Assembly: GCA_966250335.1 (NCBI GenBank) | Contig: CBINGZ010000024.1 | Coordinates: 10,842 to 74,841, forward strand | Direction: 5' to 3' | DNA: 64,000 nucleotides | DNA from: an uncultured bacterium | GTDB taxonomy: Bacteria > Bacteroidota > Ignavibacteria > OLB7 | Shown here: positions 28,050 through 38,767 of the stretch, in pieces | Layout: every line of letters starts with the position of its first letter | How positions within the stretch are numbered: the first letter of the stretch is position 1 | Program-made: the position numbers and the translations under genes | The notes under the pieces: generated by a model | What the model was told of the DNA's origin: nothing | The model's database searches: none | What the model saw: the letters and a program-made list of their open reading frames with translations, nothing else

Positions 28050-31019
28050 ATGAGAACACTGTTGTTGGTCTCACTTTTCGGTATGCTTGCCTGCGCGGCA
28101 ACGCTCGATGCGCAGACGTACAAGGCCACATACGTCACAAAGCTTTATCTGCAGGGATCAGCGTCGCCGGTGAAGCCTCTGACGCTCGAAGCGCCGCTCC
28201 TCACGACTCCCTACACGCTGACCTTCCCCGCGAACGACGGTGATCCGGATCAGCTCCTTCAGACCGACGGCTCCGGCAACCTGGTCTGGGCGTCGGCCGC
28301 CAGCGCTCTGCTTCCGTTCGGGGAATCGATGGGGGATGCGGGTATCCTGATGGATATCACGAACACTGGAACCGGTGCCGTGGCGCAGTTCGAGATCAGC
28401 AACGCCTCGAGCACCGCGAACGCGCTGACCGCGATCACCAACGGCACCGGTCTGGCGATCCTTGCCAACGGCGGCGTCCAGGTCACCAACGGCAATCTGT
28501 CGCTGACCGGCACCGGCGCCGCCGGTGAGCTCCGGCTGCACGAGGAGTCGGGGGGACCCGATTACACGGCGCTGAAGGCGCAGAATCAGTTCGGGGAGGA
28601 CATCACCTACACCATGCCGGCGACCAACGGCTCGGCGGGACAGGTGCTCTCCGTCGCCTCCTCGCCGGCTCCGACCTCCACGGCGGCCACGCTCCACTGG
28701 ACGACCCCGCAGGGGGGGCTCACGCTCCCGTATACACAGACGGTCGGCGCCGCCGCGCCCCTCTTCACGCTGAGGAACTCCGATGCCGCGACCGGCGGCG
28801 CCGGGTTGTTCGCGATCACCAACGCGGCCAACTCCGGCATCGCGCTCGAGGCGGTCACCGGCGGCGCCGGCTTCGCGTTCTCCGCGACCGCCACGGGAAG
28901 CGGCGGCGGCGCATCGATCCAGACCGGGTCGACCGGGACCGGAGCCGCGGGGGCGTTCCAGAACTTCAACACGGCCAACGTCAGCTCGACCCTTCAGGTC
29001 TCGACCAACGGCGTCGGTGACGCCTTCTCGGTGTTGACGAACGGCGCCGGCGACGCTGGGAGCTTCGCGATCGGGAATGCCGCCAGCAACAGCGCTGCCG
29101 TCATCGGCTTCACCAGCGGCATAGGGAACGCGGGCCGTTTCCAGATCGGCAACGCCGCCAGCGGAGCCGCCGCTCTGGTGGCGCAGACCGACGGCGCCGG
29201 CCCGGCGTTCCTGACGATCGGGGGCGCCGAGATCACCGACGGAAATCTGACGGTGGGGAACACGGGGACCGCCGGCCAGCTTCGCATGGAAGAGCCGGGA
29301 GGGGGGGAGTACACGGCGCTGGTGGCACAGGCCCAGTCTGACAACATCACCTACACGCTGCCGGCGACCAACGGCTCGGCGGGACAGGCCCTGCTCCTCA
29401 CCGGCTCGCCGACGGCAACCGCCGGCACTCTGACATGGGGGAACGTAACGGCGGCGCTTCAGCTCCCCCTGTCGCAGTCGACAGGCGCTTCGACGACGCT
29501 GTTCGATCTCACCAACTCAGGCGCCGGGGGGGCGGGATCGTTCGAGATCACAGGCGTGGGAAGCTCGAGCGCCGCTCTGAAGGCCGGGACCAGCGGCGTC
29601 GGTCCGGCGCTCTACGCGAGCACGACCGGCAACGGGGAGGCGGCCGAGTTCGAGAACCTGAATCCGGCGAACAGCGCCGCGACCGTCACAGTCAAAAGCG
29701 GCGGAGGTTTCGGCGATGCCCTGTACGTGAGCACGAGCGGCTACGGAGAGGCGGGTGAGTTCGAGATCGACAATCCGGTCAGTTCGGCGAGCGCTCTCAA
29801 GGCAGTCACCTCGGGGACGGGAAAGGCGATCGAGGCGAGGGGGCAGGTGGAGATTTCCGACGGCAATCTCTCGCTGACCAATAGAGGGAACACTGCGGGC
29901 CAGGTGCGACTCTACGAGGCCGACGGCGACGGTCACGACTACACGGCGCTCGTCGCGCAGGCGCAGGCGGGCGACATCACCTACACGCTGCCGGCGACCA
30001 ACGGCTCGGCCGGACAGGCCCTGCTCCTCACCGGTTCGCCGACGGCAACCGCCGGTACCCTGGCATGGGGGAACATAACGGCGGGAGCGCTTCAGCTCCC
30101 CTTGTCGCAGTCGGCGAGCGTGGCGACGGCGATGCTCGATCTCACCAATTCCGGCGCCGGAAGCGCGGGATCGTTCGAGATCACAGGCGTCGGAAGCTCG
30201 AGCGCCGCTCTGAAGGCCGGGACCAGCGGCGTCGGTCCGGCGCTCTACGCGAGCACGACCGGCAACGGGGAGGCGGCCGAGTTCGAGAACCTGAATCCGG
30301 CGAACAGCGCCGCGACCGTCACAGTCAAAAGCGGCGGAGGTTTCGGCGATGCCCTGTACGTGAGCACGAGCGGCTACGGAGAGGCGGGTGAATTCGAGAT
30401 CGACAATCCGATCAGCACGGCGAGCGCTCTCAAAGCGGTCACCTCGGGCACAGGGAGGGCGATCGAGGCGAGGGGGCCGGTGGAGATTTCCGACGGGAAT
30501 CTCTCGCTGACCAACAGGGGAAACACCGCGGGCCAGGTACGACTTTACGAGGCCGACGGCGACGGTCACAGCTACGTGGGGCTGAAGGCGCCGGCGCTCC
30601 CGGGGGATGTCGCTCTGACGCTCCCCGCCGGCGACGGCAACAACGGAGATATCCTGGTGACCGACGGATCGGGCGTTCTCTCCTGGGCGCCGCCGGGGGC
30701 CACCGTCGTGACGACGGCCCCCGTCACCTCCGGAGCGCAGGGAACCGTGACGATCGGCAGCGGCAACTATATCCGGTTCAGCGGCGCCACCGGAGCGTTC
30801 AGCGTCGACGGCTTCACGGGGGGAGTCGACGGTCGCGTCATCTATGTGTACAACACCAGCGCGCAGAACATGACGCTCAACCTCAACAGCGCCGCCACGG
30901 CCTCCAACGGCGTCAACACGTTGAGCGCTCTGAACGTCTCGACCGTGGGGGAGGGAGCGTTCACACTTATCTATGACGCCGGAATATCGCGATGGGTGCT
31001 GTTGAACATCATCAACTGA
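28050..31019 (+). CDS. Large secreted Gly/Ala/Thr-rich repeat protein (fibre/adhesin-like)
   Basis: Signal peptide; repeated YTLPATNGSAGQ and xTDGSGxLxW motifs; beta-strand-rich repeats. Confidence 0.85.
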   Translation: MRTLLLVSLFGMLACAATLDAQTYKATYVTKLYLQGSASPVKPLTLEAPLLTTPYTLTFPANDGDPDQLLQTDGSGNLVWASAASALLPFGESMGDAGILMDITNTGTGAVAQFEISNASSTANALTAITNGTGLAILANGGVQVTNGNLSLTGTGAAGELRLHEESGGPDYTALKAQNQFGEDITYTMPATNGSAGQVLSVASSPAPTSTAATLHWTTPQGGLTLPYTQTVGAAAPLFTLRNSDAATGGAGLFAITNAANSGIALEAVTGGAGFAFSATATGSGGGASIQTGSTGTGAAGAFQNFNTANVSSTLQVSTNGVGDAFSVLTNGAGDAGSFAIGNAASNSAAVIGFTSGIGNAGRFQIGNAASGAAALVAQTDGAGPAFLTIGGAEITDGNLTVGNTGTAGQLRMEEPGGGEYTALVAQAQSDNITYTLPATNGSAGQALLLTGSPTATAGTLTWGNVTAALQLPLSQSTGASTTLFDLTNSGAGGAGSFEITGVGSSSAALKAGTSGVGPALYASTTGNGEAAEFENLNPANSAATVTVKSGGGFGDALYVSTSGYGEAGEFEIDNPVSSASALKAVTSGTGKAIEARGQVEISDGNLSLTNRGNTAGQVRLYEADGDGHDYTALVAQAQAGDITYTLPATNGSAGQALLLTGSPTATAGTLAWGNITAGALQLPLSQSASVATAMLDLTNSGAGSAGSFEITGVGSSSAALKAGTSGVGPALYASTTGNGEAAEFENLNPANSAATVTVKSGGGFGDALYVSTSGYGEAGEFEIDNPISTASALKAVTSGTGRAIEARGPVEISDGNLSLTNRGNTAGQVRLYEADGDGHSYVGLKAPALPGDVALTLPAGDGNNGDILVTDGSGVLSWAPPGATVVTTAPVTSGAQGTVTIGSGNYIRFSGATGAFSVDGFTGGVDGRVIYVYNTSAQNMTLNLNSAATASNGVNTLSALNVSTVGEGAFTLIYDAGISRWVLLNIIN
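29310..30572 (+). repeat. Tandem intragenic duplication, unit about 630-633 bp
   Basis: 29310-29939 and 29940-30572 are near-identical, e.g. gcgggatcgttcgagatcacaggcgt at 29532 and 30165 and ggccgacggcgacggtcac at 29918 and 30551. Confidence 0.9.
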
Positions 31020-31060
31020 AACGCTCGCGATCCGGCGCATGAGGTGTAAATTCCGTCCCG

Positions 31061-32458
31061 ATGAACTACCTGTTTCGATACCTCAGCATGCTTCGACCCC
31101 AGGAGGTCGAGGCGCTCGATGAGCTCCGGGTCACACCGCGGGAGCGGGACACGCTGAACGAACTTATCTCGTTGCGATCCTTCCCCGACGCTTCCAAGGC
31201 GCAGGTCATGGAACGCCTCGGGATGAACGGTTCGATGTTCGACAAGACCTGTTCGACGCTGCTGCGGGGGATTCTGGAGAGGGCGGTGCCGGAAGGGGGA
31301 GTGAGCCTGCTGGAACATCTTGTCGAGCGGGCGATCTATGATCTGCTTCTGCATGAGATGAGACGGCAGGAGAAGGAGGCGATCGCGGCCGGAGACGACG
31401 AGATCCTGAAACGGTTCTACGCCGATGCGTTCAGAGTGGTCCATCTGCGGTTCAGCAGCGAGTACCCGGAGCGTCTGGGTCGCCAGATCGCCGTCCGATA
31501 CCGTCGGCTCGATCCGTCGCCGGACACTCTCATCTACACCGAGGCGCGGCTCTCCGCCATGGCGATCTGGAAGGAGGCGTCGCGGCGGACCGGGGACGGG
31601 ACGCGGGAGCGACTGGAGCGGAGGCTGCGCCGCAACGACAGGCGGATCACCGAATCGACGGGGCCGATAGCACGGTTCATTCAGTTGAAATCGTGGCTGA
31701 TCTACTACGGCCAGCTCAAGCGCGACCCCGAGAGCCGCATGGCAGTGCTCCGTGAGTCTGCACGGCTCTGCGATGCCCACCCCGACGTTCTGACGCGCGA
31801 GGATAAGGTCCTCACGCTCTGTCAGCTCGCCGAGGAGCATTACTATTACAAGACCGATCTGGTCACGCCGCTGCTGATGTATCGTGAGCTGTACGAACTC
31901 TATCCGGAGGAGCTGAGGAAGGAGGATTACCACACCTTCAAGTTCATCCAGCTCAGCACGATCAACGGCGACTACGGGACGGCTGAGGATCTTCTGGTGC
32001 GATATTTCGGTCAGGCCGCGAACCTTGTGGTGCACGGCGGCGGACGTTCGAAGGATGTGGCGCTCCTCTGGACCAAGCTCCGGCTGATGCAGGGGCGTAC
32101 CGAGGAGGCTCGAAAGCATCTGGACGATGCGGTGCTCCTCAACCAGAAGGGGTTCTATTTTCAGTTCGAGGTGGAATGCCGGATGCTTCATTCGGTCATC
32201 TCCTTTCTCGAGGGGAATTTCGAGATCATCGAACAGCGGTTCCCCGCGCATATCAAGTTCCTCCGCTCGAAAGGGGCCACCTACAAAACATCGCGATATT
32301 ATCCCTGGTTCTTCAAACTGATGGTCGCGTTCATCGACGAGCGGACGACCGGAAGGAAGCTCTCCCCATCGCTCACCAGAAAATTCGAGGAATTCATGGA
32401 AGGCCCCGCCGCCCAGTACGGCATGCTGCTGAGAAAAATGAGGGGAATGGAGCGGTGA
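31061..32458 (+). CDS. Hypothetical alpha-helical (TPR-like) protein
   Basis: 465-aa ORF with host codon usage; helical, no signal peptide; no family recognised. Confidence 0.7.
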   Translation: MNYLFRYLSMLRPQEVEALDELRVTPRERDTLNELISLRSFPDASKAQVMERLGMNGSMFDKTCSTLLRGILERAVPEGGVSLLEHLVERAIYDLLLHEMRRQEKEAIAAGDDEILKRFYADAFRVVHLRFSSEYPERLGRQIAVRYRRLDPSPDTLIYTEARLSAMAIWKEASRRTGDGTRERLERRLRRNDRRITESTGPIARFIQLKSWLIYYGQLKRDPESRMAVLRESARLCDAHPDVLTREDKVLTLCQLAEEHYYYKTDLVTPLLMYRELYELYPEELRKEDYHTFKFIQLSTINGDYGTAEDLLVRYFGQAANLVVHGGGRSKDVALLWTKLRLMQGRTEEARKHLDDAVLLNQKGFYFQFEVECRMLHSVISFLEGNFEIIEQRFPAHIKFLRSKGATYKTSRYYPWFFKLMVAFIDERTTGRKLSPSLTRKFEEFMEGPAAQYGMLLRKMRGMER

Positions 32459-32520
32459 GGATGGGGCAGACATTTCGGCCATTCCGTCCGGTCATTCCGC
32501 TCGGTCATTCCGTTGCATTG

Positions 32521-32690
32521 GCTCCCGAAGGGAGCACCCATTGGTAGCCAAAGACGATTCTTTGTTGTCTTGAAGCGCCGAAGGTGCGTACCAGTCCTCA
32601 GCCGCGCGAGAACGAAGAATGGTACGCACCTTCGGCGCTTACGATGAATTGGGAAATGTCGCGGCTACAAATGGTTCGCCCCTTCGAGGC
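32521..32690. repeat. REP/BIME-like nested inverted repeat cluster
   Basis: Perfect 21-bp IR aagcgccgaaggtgcgtacca (32573-32593) / 32620-32640, nested inside an imperfect related IR 32521-32548 / 32664-32690; between convergent genes. Confidence 0.75.
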
Positions 32691-32710
32691 TCATTGCAGT
32701 GAGAATGTCA

Positions 32711-33643
32711 TCATTCCGGTTCCGATACGATCCATGATGCCCGTGTGGCGAGGACGTCGTGGGGTTTGTTGAGGAAGCGGGGATCGAGCCTGAAACCGGG
32801 GCTGGTGAGCGCGTCGAGGATCGTAACGTCGATATCGGGTTGATCGATCACGATGTTGTGGCCGCACGCGTGGAAGAGGGCGAGCATGTCGTCCACCCGG
32901 AGCCGGTTCGCGTACATGTAGCGGTTTCCCGCGATCCGCTCCCATTCCCTGTCGCTGAACCGGAGAAAATTGACGGGGGAGATCGACGTGTCGGAATGCG
33001 AGAAATGATCGCTGTAGTCGACGAGATGGACGAAGAGCCCGTGGCGGGCCGCCGTGCGGTTTCCCTCCCTCAGAATCCCCTTCAGATGATCGACGGGAAT
33101 ATGTTCCAGAACGCTGCACGACAGATGCAGATCGATGGAGCGGTCGGGAAGATCGAGGGAGGATGCGTCGGCCCGGGGGCGGTAATCGATACGGCAGAGA
33201 CGGAGCAGGCCGTCGAGCCGCCAGTCGCGCTCGGCCAGGTCGAGCAGGGCGGCGAAGCGGGCTTCGTCGAGCAGGGGGCCGAAGAGCCGCGCGATCTGCT
33301 CCGGATGCTCCACGATATATTCGATGTCGCGCCGCACCAGCGATTCCTTCAGATAGGGATGCAGATCGACCGTCACGATCTGCTCCGCGCCCGCCAGCCA
33401 GAGGGTGATCGGAACGTTCAGCCGCCTTCCCGTGCCGATTTCAAGAACTCTGCTCCGCCACTGCGTCCTTCCGGCCCGTGCCGCCATCCTGCAGATCTCC
33501 ACACCTGTCGATATCCCGGCGACTGGATCGATCTCCCGCAGTCCGCCGAACCGTCGCTGAAGCTGATAATATATCGCATGAGAAATACCCGACGGAAGGA
33601 ACGCGACGGCGTTCTGAATACGAGCCTTTGTCGTCCAGTTCAT
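32711..33643 (-). CDS. Class I SAM-dependent methyltransferase
   Basis: VLEIGTG motif I, SIDLHLSCSVLEHIP, HLVDYSDH, NRLR. Confidence 0.8.
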   Translation of the reverse strand: MNWTTKARIQNAVAFLPSGISHAIYYQLQRRFGGLREIDPVAGISTGVEICRMAARAGRTQWRSRVLEIGTGRRLNVPITLWLAGAEQIVTVDLHPYLKESLVRRDIEYIVEHPEQIARLFGPLLDEARFAALLDLAERDWRLDGLLRLCRIDYRPRADASSLDLPDRSIDLHLSCSVLEHIPVDHLKGILREGNRTAARHGLFVHLVDYSDHFSHSDTSISPVNFLRFSDREWERIAGNRYMYANRLRVDDMLALFHACGHNIVIDQPDIDVTILDALTSPGFRLDPRFLNKPHDVLATRASWIVSEPE

Positions 33644-33795
33644 GAATCCGATATGTTGTGTGGTGCGCCGTTCGGGGGCGGTCGATTCTGGCCGGGTTGT
33701 CCCGTGGGCGTTCGGTCAATATGCGGTTACGCCGGATAGACACACTATCCGGCGTAACTTCTCACCTGCACAAGGAGATCGGAGGATCGGCGGCG

Positions 33796-34824
33796 TTACT
33801 TCCCGATCGTCAATGATTCCATGGCGACCTTGAATATCGTATCGTATTCCCGCCACAGCACGGAAGGGGCCTCCAGCGTCACGGTCACGATATCATCATT
33901 GTGACCGAGCACGACATCATACATCCTGATACGATGCACAGAGGGGTGCGGCCGGAATTCTATGTCGCGAACGATCCCCGTGAAATCGCCGACGGTGATC
34001 TCCCGTGTGGAGATCACCTTGAACTCCGGATATTTCTCCGCAGCCTTCTCGTTCAGCGCCGTCCAGAACCCGACCAGGAACTCGCCGTCCGGCTGTACCC
34101 CGGCGAACGTCTTCGACATTCCCCGCAGACGGCGGATCGTGGCTCCCACCATGAACTGGTCGCTCTCCTTCTCGACCCTCTGCATCGACACGAACATGTT
34201 GAGCGTCTTGCCGTCGTCGACCGTGCGGGGGAACCATTCCTTCGGAAGCTTCAGTGCGATATTCTCCTCATCGTCCGTGAAGAGCTTCTTCTCGCCGCTC
34301 TGCAGTCCGAACCCGACCATCGTCAGCAGCTCGCGCACCCGTTCGGTCGTCTGGCCGGAGCCCGAGATACGGAGGACCGTCAGCAGGTCCGCGACAGCCT
34401 CGGGGACGGCGCCGGTCATCAGTCTGGTCTGCCCGCGCATGTACCAGAATCCGGCGTCGGTGCTGTCGAGCATGATCGCCGCGGTGTAGTCGATGATCGC
34501 CCCCTGATAATCCTTCCCTTCCAGCAGGACCGACCCTCTGGCGGCGTAGACGGCCGCGTTCTTCGGGTTCAGTTCGAGCACCGCGTTGAGTTCCTCGTGC
34601 GCCTTCTCCAGCTCCTTCATTCCAAGGTGGCAGAGGGCGCGGCCGTGGAGGGCCGGCTCATCCTTCGGGTTCGCCGCGAGAACCTTTTCGTAGATGGCGA
34701 GGGCGGCGGGAAAATTCTTCATCGCCAGAGCCTGGTCCGCCTGCGTCAGCAGTACCAGCCGATCCTGGGCATGAGCGGTCGCGGCCGCCGTCAGAAGCGA
34801 GAGGAGAAGAAATCGTTTGAGCAT
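33796..34824 (-). CDS. Secreted tetratricopeptide repeat protein
   Basis: Signal peptide AHA/Q, four TPRs (LELNPKNAAVYAARG), unknown C-terminal domain. Confidence 0.85.
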   Translation of the reverse strand: MLKRFLLLSLLTAAATAHAQDRLVLLTQADQALAMKNFPAALAIYEKVLAANPKDEPALHGRALCHLGMKELEKAHEELNAVLELNPKNAAVYAARGSVLLEGKDYQGAIIDYTAAIMLDSTDAGFWYMRGQTRLMTGAVPEAVADLLTVLRISGSGQTTERVRELLTMVGFGLQSGEKKLFTDDEENIALKLPKEWFPRTVDDGKTLNMFVSMQRVEKESDQFMVGATIRRLRGMSKTFAGVQPDGEFLVGFWTALNEKAAEKYPEFKVISTREITVGDFTGIVRDIEFRPHPSVHRIRMYDVVLGHNDDIVTVTLEAPSVLWREYDTIFKVAMESLTIGK

Positions 34825-34923
34825 AGAACATCGTGATTACCGGGCGGACCCGTGAGCACATGTCGCCCGGGTCTTTGCAAGAGTGCGAGGATAGTGAATT
34901 CCGGGATGATATCCTCGACCATG

Positions 34924-34958
34924 AAAAAGGGGCGCCGCGGCAGCCGCGACGCCCCTTT
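34924..34958 (-). terminator. Rho-independent terminator downstream of the T9SS cargo gene
   Basis: Minus strand aaaggggcgtcgcggctgccgcggcgccccttttt: GC stem followed by a T-run. Confidence 0.7.
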
Positions 34959-34982
34959 GCCGATGACGATCTCGGCCGTCGT

Positions 34983-37900
34983 TTACTTCACCACCTTCAT
35001 CGAACGGGCGAGGGTGACCCCATCCGCCGTGAGGCGATACATGTAGATGCCGCTCGGGAGGTGATCCACCCGGAACCGCACCGTGTGATCTCCCGCGGTC
35101 CTGTAGCCCGACTCCAGAACCTCGATCTCCGCGCCGCGACCGTCGAACAGACGGATCTCGACGTTCCCGTCACGCTCGATCCTGTAGCCGATCTCGGCGG
35201 TCTCGCGCGCCGGGTTCGGGCTCGACTGGCCGAGGCTCACCGAGCCGGTCGTCGTGGAGAGATCCTCGACTCCGCTGGTGAGGTTCTGCACCGACGTCCC
35301 TCCCGGACGGATCATCGTCGCGGCGCCGCCGAGGGTCACCTGCACGGAGCCGGTCGTGGAGTTGCTGTTGATGACGAGCGTGGCCGCGGAGGGTCCGCTG
35401 GAGATCGGACGGAACGTCACTTCAAGATGTTCCGTCTGTCCCGGCGCCAGGGTCAGCCTGGGGAGCCTTCCCAGCAGATAGTTGACGGCGCCCGGACCGG
35501 CGATCGTCGTGGTGCCGAGCGTCAGCGGGGCGCTGCCGTTGTTGGTCACCATCAGCCTCTGCCGTACCGACTTCCCGACCGGAACGGTCACTCCCTCGAA
35601 CATCGCCGAGGGGCTGGCCGTCAGCGTCCGAATCAGAGCCTCGCCGTGCAGATTGACGACGATCGTATCGGCCGACGAGGTGATCATCATCAGCTCCGCC
35701 GACCGGTCGCCCGGCAGGCTTCCCGGAGCCGGGGTGTGAATGACGTGGAACGGCACTTCGTCACCCGGCATGAACATCAGGGGGAGCGCCGGCCAGGGGT
35801 TCGCGGGGTCCATCGTGAACTCGGCCGCATCGGGGCCGGTGATCTCCATGCTCACGATCATCTTCACCTCGCGCGAGGAGTTCTCCACCACCGCCTTGTT
35901 GCCGGAGCTTCCCGCGGCGTCGATGATGGTCGGAGCGAACGTGAGATCGATCGCTCTGAGACCTACCTTGCCGGTACCGTTCAGGTTCCAGTAGAAGGCT
36001 CCACGCTCGATTCCCGGCTCCCAGAGGGTGGAATCGTTCGTGCGCATCATGATCGTGGCGCGACGCGTGCCGCCGCGCGACGGCGAGAAGCGGAGCGTGA
36101 TATCGGTGGAGTCGCCCGGCGCCAGAACGTAGTTCCCTTCCGTATCCTTCATCGCCTGGGCAAAGCCGCCGACGATGAAGAAGTCGCGGGTGTCGCCGCC
36201 GACCACGCGGAACGCGCTGGCCGAGACGCGCAGGTCGCACGAACCGGTGTTGTAGATCCGGATCGTGGTGTCGTGCGGCATGTGCAGATCGCCCGGGCCG
36301 AACGACACACCCTCAAGCGGCTTCCCTTCGATCGTCGTGGAGACGGAGGAGCCGATTCCCCTGCCGAAGAGGTCGACGGCCAGAAGTCCGTCGGTGACCG
36401 CGCCGCTCGGGTTGTTGCCGGTGAAGTTCAGCGCGTTGGTTCCGATGAACGCCCGGGCCAGGCGCTTGCCGGGAAGCTGGGCGACGAAGTTGAGATAGAA
36501 GGTCCGCGACTCGCCCGGCATCAGAACGATCGGGAACTGGAACGGAGCGTTCTCGGCGGCCGGCGCCATGCCGGGGCCGTCGGTCACGAAGTAGTCGTCG
36601 GCCGCCATCGCGTTCCCCATGAAGTCGCGCAGAAGCGGGAAGCGGGGGATACCCTGGCCGTAGATCGAATCGGTCAGGAAGAACGAGGCGCCGTTGACGT
36701 AGAGAGGATCGTTGCCGACGCTCTTGACCTTGATCTCCATGAAGCTGACCCCTTCGCCCGCGCACTCAAGCGCCTTGACGAAGAGATCGGACTTCTCGTC
36801 GATGACATTCCCCCCCGAGCTGAACTCGGCCCCGGCGCCGATCGTGATCGCCTCCACCGGGAAGGTGCGCGTCTCGCAGTCGCCGCTGACCGTCAGCAGC
36901 GCCTTGTACTGTCCGAAGCGGTTCGGCTTGAAGGTGAGGACCGGGGTGCTCGACTGTCCCCTTGCCAGCACCGCCGTCTTCGTGTTGAGCGTGTACTGTC
37001 CCGTGGGATCATCGAGCGTATAGGTCATCGTCACCGATCCCGCCGACGGGTTCGTCGAGGTGTTCGAGATCGTGAAGGGGGTGTAGGTCTTGGCGATGCC
37101 GTACTTCACCTGCTGTCCCTTCAGAAGAACCGAGCCGTTGTTCAGCGGGGAAACGCCGCCGCTGGCCGTGTTGCCGGCCCAGTTGAGGCGCGACGTTCCG
37201 ACGGCGCCCAGGTTCAACTGGAAGGTCGAGCCGTTGTCGCCGATGGCGGTCAGGACCGCGGGGCGTGCGCCGATGCATCCCGGCGCGAAGGTGATCGTCG
37301 GCGTCACCGAGCCTCCCGGATCGAGCGCCGCCGTCGACGGCGAGATGACGTAGTCGGAAGCGTAGTCGCCGGTGATCACGAACGTGAACCTGATCGGGAC
37401 GCACTTCGACGAGGTCGCGAGCGTGAACGGCTTGAAGCCGGTCGGCGTCCCGCGCTGGACGCTCTTGTCTGCCAGGATGGTGGCGCCGCTGCTCATCGGG
37501 CCTTCAAGACCACCTTCGGCCACATTGCCGGTGAAGGTCGTGTTGCAGTAGAGCGGATCGAAGATGTAGACCGTGCCGGTGGGGATCGTGTTGATGGTGA
37601 TATCGACGCCGACAGCCGCGACGTAGTCGACGCGCAGATCACCCTTCTTTCCGAAATAGAGGCTTGCGATATCCTTGGAGCTGACGCCGCCGCCGATCCT
37701 GGCGTTCGTGACCGTGCGCTGCGTCATGTTGCCGTAGTAGAACTCGACCCGGTTGAGCCCTTCGTACAGGCGGACCTGATACTTGAAGCTCTCGGCCTTG
37801 GTCGTCGCGTTGGTGGGACGGGTCTCCCACTGCACCGTCATGACCTGGCTCCCCGGCTTGCCGGTGAGGAGATAGGTCACCCCGGTGTTGATCGTGGACT

Positions 37901-38243
37901 GGTTGTCCCAGAACGGGGCGATGACGGGATAGGTGCTCGACTTCTCCAGCATCTCGTCCGAGGAGGAGGTCACCGTGCTCTTACCGAACCCGAGCACGCC
38001 GTGGCCGCTGGCCGAGAAGGTGGAGTAGATGACGCCGTTGAACTCGAAATTGAATCCGATATCCTTGACGCTCGATGTTCCGCCGACGGAACCTGCCTTG
38101 ATGATCGTCTCTCCCTTGGACATATCCGTTTCACTGCCGGTAGTGACCGTAAGGCCATACTCCCGCAGGCTGGCGAGCGCCATGGCGCCCGGGATGAACA
38201 GGGAGGCCAGCGTAACCAGTAGGACGCTGTAGTACTTCTTCAT
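34983..38243 (-). CDS. Large secreted protein with tandem Ig-like (choice-of-anchor D/ASH-type) domains and T9SS type A sorting domain
   Basis: Signal peptide; repeats such as LAPGDSTDITLRFSP and LAPGQTEHLEVTFRP; C-terminal QSSPNPA...LPSGIYMYRL...MKVVK. Confidence 0.88.
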   Translation of the reverse strand: MKKYYSVLLVTLASLFIPGAMALASLREYGLTVTTGSETDMSKGETIIKAGSVGGTSSVKDIGFNFEFNGVIYSTFSASGHGVLGFGKSTVTSSSDEMLEKSSTYPVIAPFWDNQSTINTGVTYLLTGKPGSQVMTVQWETRPTNATTKAESFKYQVRLYEGLNRVEFYYGNMTQRTVTNARIGGGVSSKDIASLYFGKKGDLRVDYVAAVGVDITINTIPTGTVYIFDPLYCNTTFTGNVAEGGLEGPMSSGATILADKSVQRGTPTGFKPFTLATSSKCVPIRFTFVITGDYASDYVISPSTAALDPGGSVTPTITFAPGCIGARPAVLTAIGDNGSTFQLNLGAVGTSRLNWAGNTASGGVSPLNNGSVLLKGQQVKYGIAKTYTPFTISNTSTNPSAGSVTMTYTLDDPTGQYTLNTKTAVLARGQSSTPVLTFKPNRFGQYKALLTVSGDCETRTFPVEAITIGAGAEFSSGGNVIDEKSDLFVKALECAGEGVSFMEIKVKSVGNDPLYVNGASFFLTDSIYGQGIPRFPLLRDFMGNAMAADDYFVTDGPGMAPAAENAPFQFPIVLMPGESRTFYLNFVAQLPGKRLARAFIGTNALNFTGNNPSGAVTDGLLAVDLFGRGIGSSVSTTIEGKPLEGVSFGPGDLHMPHDTTIRIYNTGSCDLRVSASAFRVVGGDTRDFFIVGGFAQAMKDTEGNYVLAPGDSTDITLRFSPSRGGTRRATIMMRTNDSTLWEPGIERGAFYWNLNGTGKVGLRAIDLTFAPTIIDAAGSSGNKAVVENSSREVKMIVSMEITGPDAAEFTMDPANPWPALPLMFMPGDEVPFHVIHTPAPGSLPGDRSAELMMITSSADTIVVNLHGEALIRTLTASPSAMFEGVTVPVGKSVRQRLMVTNNGSAPLTLGTTTIAGPGAVNYLLGRLPRLTLAPGQTEHLEVTFRPISSGPSAATLVINSNSTTGSVQVTLGGAATMIRPGGTSVQNLTSGVEDLSTTTGSVSLGQSSPNPARETAEIGYRIERDGNVEIRLFDGRGAEIEVLESGYRTAGDHTVRFRVDHLPSGIYMYRLTADGVTLARSMKVVK

Positions 38244-38767
38244 GGGGACAACTCCTGCGATTATATAGGGGTTCGGGATCTACCCGATGTCGATCTCTTG
38301 CCTCGTCAGGGGGGAACGTCTCTTGCGACCGGATCGGACCTTGCAGGCGCACGCAACCGTGCGGTGCGGATACGGGATATCCCGTACGGCACGACCGGCC
38401 GTCAGGCGTTCATGGAGCCGAGGAGGAGGCTCGGAGGAGGCGCGTCATCGAATCCGTCGTCGTGCAGGCTTGGGGGTGGGGACCCGCGCCGAGGACGGAG
38501 TGTCGTCCCGTATCGATGCAACCGGGTCGTGAGCCGTACACGGGGAGGTGCGGCTGAACGAGCGAACGGTCGAGAGGATTTCGATGGGACGGTAATGACC
38601 CCGAGAGGGTCTGGATGGCTCGGGGTCGAGCGGAGGATCGCGGATCGACATCTCCGTACAGACCGTCGATCACGATCGACGCAAATATACGGAGGAATAC
38701 ATGGATGTCACCAAATGGTTACAACGAATCAGGAGGGATAAATGTCACAGGGACGTTCTCCCCGACC

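Noticed and set aside
34833-38222. 1129-aa plus-strand ORF (likewise 13741-16245, 41676-43298, 44723-46654, 19555-21450)
   Set aside because: Antisense or off-frame shadows of well-supported genes, with unnatural Arg/His/Asp-rich composition and no motifs.
38371-38386. Perfect palindrome tacgggatatcccgta in the long leader of the T9SS cargo gene
   Set aside because: Single occurrence with no supporting regulator or second site; insufficient evidence.
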